In this document: in pieces, positions 17,415 through 24,400 of the stretch
How the letters are laid out: each line of letters opens with the position of its first letter
Numbering within the stretch: position 1 is the first letter of the stretch
NCBI GenBank assembly: GCA_964531875.1
Contig: CAZHFT010000001.1
Span: forward strand, 1-25,874
Length of the DNA stretch: 25,874 nucleotides
Source: an uncultured archaeon
GTDB lineage: Archaea > Iainarchaeota > Iainarchaeia > Iainarchaeales > Iainarchaeaceae
Direction of reading: 5' to 3'
Program-made: the position numbers and the translations under genes
Notes under the pieces: model-generated
Databases searched by the model: none
Told to the model about the DNA's origin: nothing
The model's input: only the letters and a program-made list of their open reading frames with translations

Positions 17415-17621
17415 TCACTCCTTTTTTTTCCCTCTTAGTTTTATTTCTTTATTTTTATGATAACTATTTGTCCATTTTGTTTTTCCAGGAGTTCTTTTTA
17501 GTTTAAGAAAATTTTTTTCAGATTTTTGATTCTTAAACCAATATGTAGTTCCGTCTTTTTTGACGTACATGTGTCCTGTTCCTTTAGGAATTTCTTCTCC
17601 GCTAAAATAATCAGTAGGCAT
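17415..17621 (-). CDS. rpl24e: 50S ribosomal protein L24e (zinc-free variant)
   Basis: FSGEEIPKGTGHMYVKKDG...KRTPGKTKWT, in the conserved position between rps28e and ndk. Confidence 0.94.
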   Translation of the reverse strand: MPTDYFSGEEIPKGTGHMYVKKDGTTYWFKNQKSEKNFLKLKRTPGKTKWTNSYHKNKEIKLRGKKKE

Positions 17622-17635
17622 CTTTGAATTTCCCC

Positions 17636-17842
17636 CTATTTAGCACGTATTTCTTTCGCTTCTCTTTCAGTAGAAAGCAAAATAACTACGTCTCCTTTTT
17701 TTATATTTCCTTTAATATTTCTTCTTTTTACTCTGCCTTGTTCGTGTCCATCAAGAATTTTACAAAGAACCTGTACTATTTCTCCATTAACTCCAGTTCT
17801 TCCCATGATTTGAACGACTTCAGCGGGTGTTCCTTTTTCCAT
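17636..17842 (-). CDS. rps28e: 30S ribosomal protein S28e
   Basis: PAEVVQIMGRTGVNGE...QV...RRNIKG...GD...LLSTEREA. Confidence 0.96.
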   Translation of the reverse strand: MEKGTPAEVVQIMGRTGVNGEIVQVLCKILDGHEQGRVKRRNIKGNIKKGDVVILLSTEREAKEIRAK

Positions 17843-17858
17843 TCTTAGTCACATTCCT

Positions 17859-18224
17859 TTATTTAGCTAGTCCTTGAAGTTTTTTTACTAAATCTTCTAA
17901 TTCTTTTTTAGTGTCTCCTGCATCAATTATTGCGATTGCAGCAGTTCCTATTGGAATTCCAACAAGAGCACCTAACTCTTTTTTTGTAGCAATGTAACTA
18001 ACAGGGATATTTTTTTCTTTACAAATTATTGGTAAGTGCATTACTATTTCTGGTGGAGAAACATCTTCAGCAATAACAATTAATTTTGCTGTTCCTCTTT
18101 CTGCACCTTTAGTAGCTTCGTTAGCACCTATTCTAATTTTTCCTGTTTTTCGTGCTTTTTCAAGAATTATTGCCTGTTTTTTTTTGAGTTCTTCAGGTAC
18201 ACTGAACTTAATATAATCCGCCAT
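17859..18224 (-). CDS. rpl7ae: 50S ribosomal protein L7Ae
   Basis: GKIRIGANEATK, ERG, IAEDVSPPEIVMHLP and ELGALVG. Strong SD GGAGGTG. Confidence 0.98.
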   Translation of the reverse strand: MADYIKFSVPEELKKKQAIILEKARKTGKIRIGANEATKGAERGTAKLIVIAEDVSPPEIVMHLPIICKEKNIPVSYIATKKELGALVGIPIGTAAIAIIDAGDTKKELEDLVKKLQGLAK

Positions 18225-18231
18225 AACTTAC

Positions 18232-18271
18232 ACCTCCTTATCCCTAAAAATAGGGAATCATCGTCATCGGC
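18232..18271 (-). promoter_or_regulatory. rpl7ae 5'-UTR kink-turn autoregulatory element
   Basis: GCC-GAU-GA-C pairs with G-GA-GGU (the SD itself) as a canonical K-turn. A second, non-canonical K-turn sits on the UCCCUA-UUUU-UAGGGA hairpin. Confidence 0.8.
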
Positions 18272-18316
18272 AAAAAAAGTATAATTTTACTAATAAAAAG
18301 AATCCCCCCGAAAGGC

Positions 18317-18324
18317 TTTAAAAA
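18317..18324 (-). promoter_or_regulatory. Putative TATA box of the rpl7ae superoperon
   Basis: TTTTTAAA on the minus strand, about 45 nt upstream of the K-turn element. Confidence 0.4.
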
Positions 18325-18386
18325 GTACTTATTTCACTAAAAAATTCTTTTTTTTTCAAAATTTTTGAGCTTGTTTAGTAATAAAA

Positions 18387-18394
18387 TTATATAG
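18387..18394 (+). promoter_or_regulatory. Putative TATA box of the giant protease gene
   Basis: TTATATAG preceded by A-rich BRE-like GTAATAAAA and about 22-29 nt before ATG 18416. No SD, so probably leaderless. Confidence 0.55.
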
Positions 18395-18415
18395 TTTGGC
18401 GTTTATTAATTTTGT

Positions 18416-21400
18416 ATGGATAATAAATTATTTTTTGCATTTTTTTTGGTTTTTTTGTTTGTTGGTTTTGGTTTTGCAAGCACTACGCCTAATGTTTTGT
18501 ATGATTGGAGTTGGAGTGGTGTTAGTGTTGATGCGTGTGAGGGTTCTAATGAAAAAGTTATTTTTTGTGATGCTACTCAATTTAGTATTTCTTTGTTAAA
18601 AAAGTTGAATTCTGTTTCTGCTGGTTCTTCTTTTGAATTTGATGCTTTTTTGATGGGTGATGGTTTTAGTCAAGATTTTAGAGAGGATTTTGATCATTAT
18701 TATTCTAATATTTCTTTTTTTGATTCTCCTTTTTTTTATATTAATGAAACTGATGGTTTAAGGCATTATTTTACCAGTTCTGATTTGTTTGTTTTTAAGT
18801 TAAATGGGGAATCTTGGGTTGATGGGGTTAAATTGGTTCCTGGGGAGTATAGGGTCAGTGTGGATGTTCCTATTGATTTTAATCCTGGTGTTCTTGGTGT
18901 TGAGTCAGTAGTTGTTGATTTTGAGTTTTTGTCTTCTCCCGAGGAAGAAAGTGCTTTGTTGTTTTTGCCTTTTGATGGGGAGATTGGTTTTTTTAATGGA
19001 GATAAAGATAGGGTTGGTTATGGAGTAGTTTTTTCTTCTGGTGGCGAAATTGCTTTGAATGATAAGGTTATTTTTGATAGTACTGTTAGTGGGGGTGTTG
19101 TTGAAGTTAGTGATTTTGTTTTTGTTGATGATTTTGTTGAGTTGAATGATTTTTATAAGAAAAAGCAGTTGTTGAAGATTGTTGATAATGAAGGCGATTT
19201 TTCTTTTGAGTTTTCTTCTTCTGTTCCTACTCCTGTTTTTTTAGAAGTAAATAAAGTGTCTGATGAAAAAGAGTTTAGTGTTTTTTATAATATTTTTAGT
19301 GCGTCTGGTGCAACTGTTAATTTGGACAGGGATTATTTTTTGGTTTGGGATTCTGCTTTAGAAAAGTGTGCTGATTTGTCTGGAGCAAATATGACCGATA
19401 AGTTCATTGATTTTTTTGATAGGTTTGCTGAAGGGGAAGGATTGGATAGGGGTAATGTTTTTGCTGTTGATTGGGCGGATTCTTCTGCTGATGGAAAGGT
19501 TGTTGTCGAATCGGTTGTTTATCGTAATGGCGAGCAGGATAAGTTTTATTTGAATTTGTTTGATTTGGAGGAGGGGGTTTCTTCTGTTTTTTATTCTCCT
19601 TTTGATTTGGGGGAAAAGATTTTTTTGAGTGGTTCTGGAAATGAGTTAGTTGATTCTAAGTCTAAGAGTCTTTTTGATTTGATTAAGTTGGTGGAGCGGG
19701 GTTTTGTTGAGGTTGTTGTTGAGGATAATGTTACGGTTTTTCAGTGGAATGAGGTTGCGTTAAGAAATTTATTGAGTGATAAAAGAGATGATTTTGAAGC
19801 TGAGTGTATTCCTGTTCCTGAACAAAACCAACCTGATGTTAATGGCAGTTACTTTCCTTATTATGTTCTTACACAAGATGATTTGATTCCTTCTTCCCTT
19901 GCGACAAATCTTCCTGAATTTGATGTTGACGACCTTGTTGATTTTGAGCTTGTTTATTCTTCTGAAAATGATGTGACAGTTACTGGGGCTTATTTGCTTG
20001 ATGCTAAGGGCAAGGTTAAAGCGATTGGTGATGCGAATGCTCAGCTTGCATTTTTATTGAATTCTGCTTCTGCAGAATCTTCTGAATCAAGTTCGTCTTC
20101 TGAGAAAGGATTTTTTTCAGGAATCCTTAATTTTTTCAGGAATATATTTACTGCTATTTCTAATTTTTTTAGTAATTTGTTTTCAGGGGGAAGTGAACCA
20201 AGTGTTAATGCAGTTGATTTGGAAGTAACTTCTTCTGGAAATGGGATTTATGTTTTGTTTGAAGATGGTTCTTTAAAAGTTGCTGGTGAAGCCCAGGTAT
20301 TAAACTCCGAGGTCATTAAAGACGCGGTTGATTTGGAGTTAATTATTCAAAAGGACACAGTAGTTGGGTATCGCGTTTTGGATAAAGAAGGAATTTTAAG
20401 GGGAGTTATGGGAAAGTCACAGGTAGCCACAGAGGATTTTGGTACTTCTTCTTTTGAGTACGCTGTTGATTTTGAATCTTCTGTTTCTGGGTTTTTTGTT
20501 CTTTTCTCAGGGGGAACAATTAAACAAATTGGTGGTTCTCCGATAAGTGTAGCAGTCAAGGGAAAAGCAGTAGACCTAGAGTTTTTTGAGGGTGAAATGT
20601 ATGTGTTAGATTCTTTTGGTAACATTCAGGGGGTTGATGGTGCGCCTCCAATTGCAGGCCAATTAATCCACATTTTTGATTCAAAAAAAGCAAAAGCATT
20701 GGAGTTTGTTGGATTAAATGAAGTTTCTGCAGAAGAAGATATTGAAGTTTCAATTGCGACTTTAAAAGATAGTTATATGGTTGGGGAAGTAATAGGATTA
20801 ACAGACCCTCCTGAGCAGGAAATTACTGATGCTGAACAAGTTTTTTATGGGAGTGGTTTGGTTTTATCAACTACTAATTTTGAAACTCCGCAGCAAAATG
20901 AGGGGTATATTGTTAAACTTAAAGATAAATCTATAATTGAGAAAAAAGTTGAGTTAGATGCTCAAGGTAATATTAGTAAAAGTAGTATTTCTGCTAATCT
21001 TGATATTCATGAGCAAAATCTTTTAGATGAACATTCTGCTTTTAAGTATAAAATGAATCAAGTTTTGAGTAAGGGGCTGAAAAAAACAGGGTCTGTAGTG
21101 GTAAAAAGAGAGTATATTAAAGTGTTCAATGGTTTTGCACTTGATATTGATGATGCGACTGCATTGGAACTAAAGTTACTTGACGAAGTTGAGGAAATTT
21201 ACCCTAATTATGCTGTTGAAGCTGTTTTGATGGATTCAGTTCCACAAATTCAAGGTGGAGTTTCAGCAGGGCAATTAGGTGCTAATGGAGATAATTGTAC
21301 TGTTAGTGGCGAGGAATGTTTGACTGGGGAAGGAGTTACAATTGCGATAATTGATACTGGGATTGATTATACTCATCCTGATTTGGGAGGGTGTTTTGGT

Positions 21401-24400
21401 GCAGGTTGTAAAATTATTGGAGGTTACGACTTTGTTAATGATGATGCTGATCCAATGGACGACCATGGACACGGAACGCATTGTGCAGGAATTGCGGCGG
21501 GAAATGGTGTGCTGAAAGGAGTTGCTCCTGAGGCTAAAATATATGCTTATAAAGTCCTTGACAACGGCGGTTCTGGAAATTGGGATGAGATAATTGCGGC
21601 AATCGAAAGAGCAGTTGACCCAAATCAAGATGGGGATTTTACCGACCATGTAGATATTATTAGTTTGAGTTTAGGAGGGGCAGGAAATTCTGATGACGCA
21701 ATTAGTATTGCAGTAGATAATGCTGTTGATGCCGGCGTTGTTGCAGTTATTGCTGCTGGAAATAGCGGCTCTAATGAACGGACTATCGGTAGCCCTGGAA
21801 CTGCGAGGAAAGCGATAACCGTAGGAGCAATAGATGGCGCCGATTATATGGCGAATTTTAGCTCAAGGGGTCCTGTGGTCTGGATTAATACAATAGGAAT
21901 TGAAAAAGCGATTATAAAACCAGACATTGTTGCTCCTGGATTTGAAATCTGTTCTGCTCAGTGGGAGGATGCATGGATTGATACTGAATGCATTGACAGT
22001 GAACACACTGCGATTTCCGGAACATCCATGGCAACTCCTCATGTTGCAGGAGCAGTTGCTTTAATTAAGCAGAAAAATTCTGATTGGAGTCCTGCAGAGA
22101 TTAAATCTGTTTTAATGGGAACTGCTGAAGATATTGGTTATGAAGTTATTACTCAGGGGGCAGGGAAAGTCAATGTTCCAGATACTTTAAGAGTAAATCA
22201 AAAGCCGTTAATTGCAGAATTAAATGTTGAGAATTATGCGGTTTCAGGTATTATTAATATTAGTGGAATTGCTAAAGGCGAAGCGTTTGAAAAATTTGAT
22301 GTTTACTATTCAAAGAAAGATGAAACAGAAGAAAAGTGGGAATTAATTTGTTCAGGAACAAGCCAAGTTGATACTGGGGTTTTATGTCGTGGGTTTGATA
22401 CTTCGATACTTGAACAAGGGGAATATATGCTTAAATTAAGTGTTAATGGAAATCAATTTTCAACATCTACTTATGGACTTGTTAGATTTAATAATTTTGA
22501 AATAATTTCTGTTGGAAAAAACCAAGGGTATCTAAATGGCTATACTGATATTTTAGGTGAAATTAAATTAAAGGAATATGACGCATATAAAATTATTTTT
22601 GATAATCCTGAGCAGGAAGAACAGGAATTATGTTTTGTAAATGGGAAAGCAACTACTGAAATTCTTTGTTCTTTTGATTTTAGCCAGTTGTCTGATGGAA
22701 AATATTATTTGAAACTTTTAATATCAAAAGAAGGGGTTTGGGTGGGCAGTGAAACAATTCCGATTGCCGTGATACAAAATTTAATGGATGGTTGGCCTGT
22801 GCATAATTCTTGTAATGGGAGTAATGTACTTTCACCTATAAAAATTGATGGAGTGCCTAAAATTTTTAGTGCTGATCCACGTGAATGTTATCCTGGGTGG
22901 TCACTTGGTGGAAAAATTATTTCTTATGATAATTTCACAAATAAAACTGTGCTTTATGAACTTTTTAAAGATGGACAGAACATTACAAATACAAATCATA
23001 TGTCGGGTCGCCTAATTTCTACATTAGATCAAAAACTTGCTCTTTCTTCACTCTCTAAATATATTGGAGTTGTTGATGATAGTGGGAATTTTGTTGATAA
23101 CTGGCCATATGAAATTGATGACTTTGAAGGTATTTACGAGGGGGCTGTTGGTTCGTTTATTATAAGTGAAAATAATCTTTTCAGTGTGAGAGTAATAAGT
23201 ACAAACCAGTTGTTTGATGGATTAAGTTTGTATAAATTTGATAAAAAAGGGAATTTATTGTATAATGTTCCTATTGAAAAAGAAGAAGGTTTTGAAGAAT
23301 GGGCGATTTCTTCTGCAGGGGGAATTTTGATTGAAGACGATGGAAAGGAGTATATTGGTTTGATGGTAGCTTTATTCAATAATTGGGGTGATTTAAATGG
23401 GAAGCTGTTCTTTGATATTTATTCTGTTTCTGATGGAAAAAGAATTAAAAGATCTCTTCTTCATGATGGCTTGGATAAAAAAATAAATTATCAAGGGTTT
23501 TCTTTTACTTCAGGGGATTTGGATGGTGATGGCAGTGACGAAATTGCTGTGGGTTACATGGTTTTGGATTTGGATAAATTTAATGAAGATAGATATAATC
23601 TTGATGCCTATGAAAGCCATTTGAAAATTTTGGATTCAACTGGCAATATTCTTTCTGATATTTATAACATAAAGGGGTACTTCCTCAACAAGATTCGTAT
23701 TGGACGTTTAAACACCAAAAATCCAGTTATTATATTTCATTTAGAGGATACTTGGCCTACTACTTATGACGGTCAAAGAATTGTCGGAGTAAATCTTCAA
23801 GGAGACATTTTAGTCGATATTAATTTAGAAGATCATACTCATTTAGTAGAAGGATTGAGTATTGGCGATGTTACAGGAGACTCAAAACAAGATATCGTTA
23901 TTGCATATCGTCCTCGGTGGTGGATGGAGAATCCCTCTGGAATTCTTATTTATGACGGAAAGGGAAATTTAGAAAAAGAAATTTTAATCCCGACTTTCGG
24001 AACTGCAGAACAACTAGGATGGGGAAACGATCCTTTATTGACTGATTTTGATTTAGATGGGAAAGTTGACATTATTTTAAAAACTCTCCACCTTCAAAAA
24101 AACACTAGTGACACTTGGCAATCTAATATTTTTGTTTTTGAAACAAATACTCCTTATGATTCTTCGACGATGGAATGGCCAATGTTTCAACATGATCCTC
24201 AGTATACTGGGCGTTACACAAAACCATTACCTCAATCAAAAATAGTAAACAACGCTGAGGAGGATGTTTCAGGTTTGCTGAGTTTTAAATTACTGAAGCT
24301 TGATGGGGGCAGTTGGAATGATTATACTACAGTTCATGAACAACAGGTCACTATTCCTGCAAATGATTTAATTAAGTTAGATGTTGGAAATAGTGAATTT

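Noticed and set aside
539-17848. Many plus-strand F/S/I-rich ORFs over valS, dnaK, eif2g, infB and the ribosomal genes
   Set aside because: They are antisense shadows of A-rich K/E-coding genes; the opposite strand has clear conserved products.
18305-18316. CCCCGAAAGG / CCUUUCGGGG tetraloop-like hairpin
   Set aside because: The stem is only 2-3 bp and overlaps the promoter region; too short to support.
18396-18599. 67-aa plus-strand ORF in the track
   Set aside because: It is an alternative-frame shadow of the real gene starting at 18416, produced by the T/G-rich sequence.
20347-23379. Minus-strand ORFs 20347-20625, 20556-20753, 21275-21649 and 23134-23379
   Set aside because: They are antisense shadows of the giant S8 gene, with no motifs of their own.
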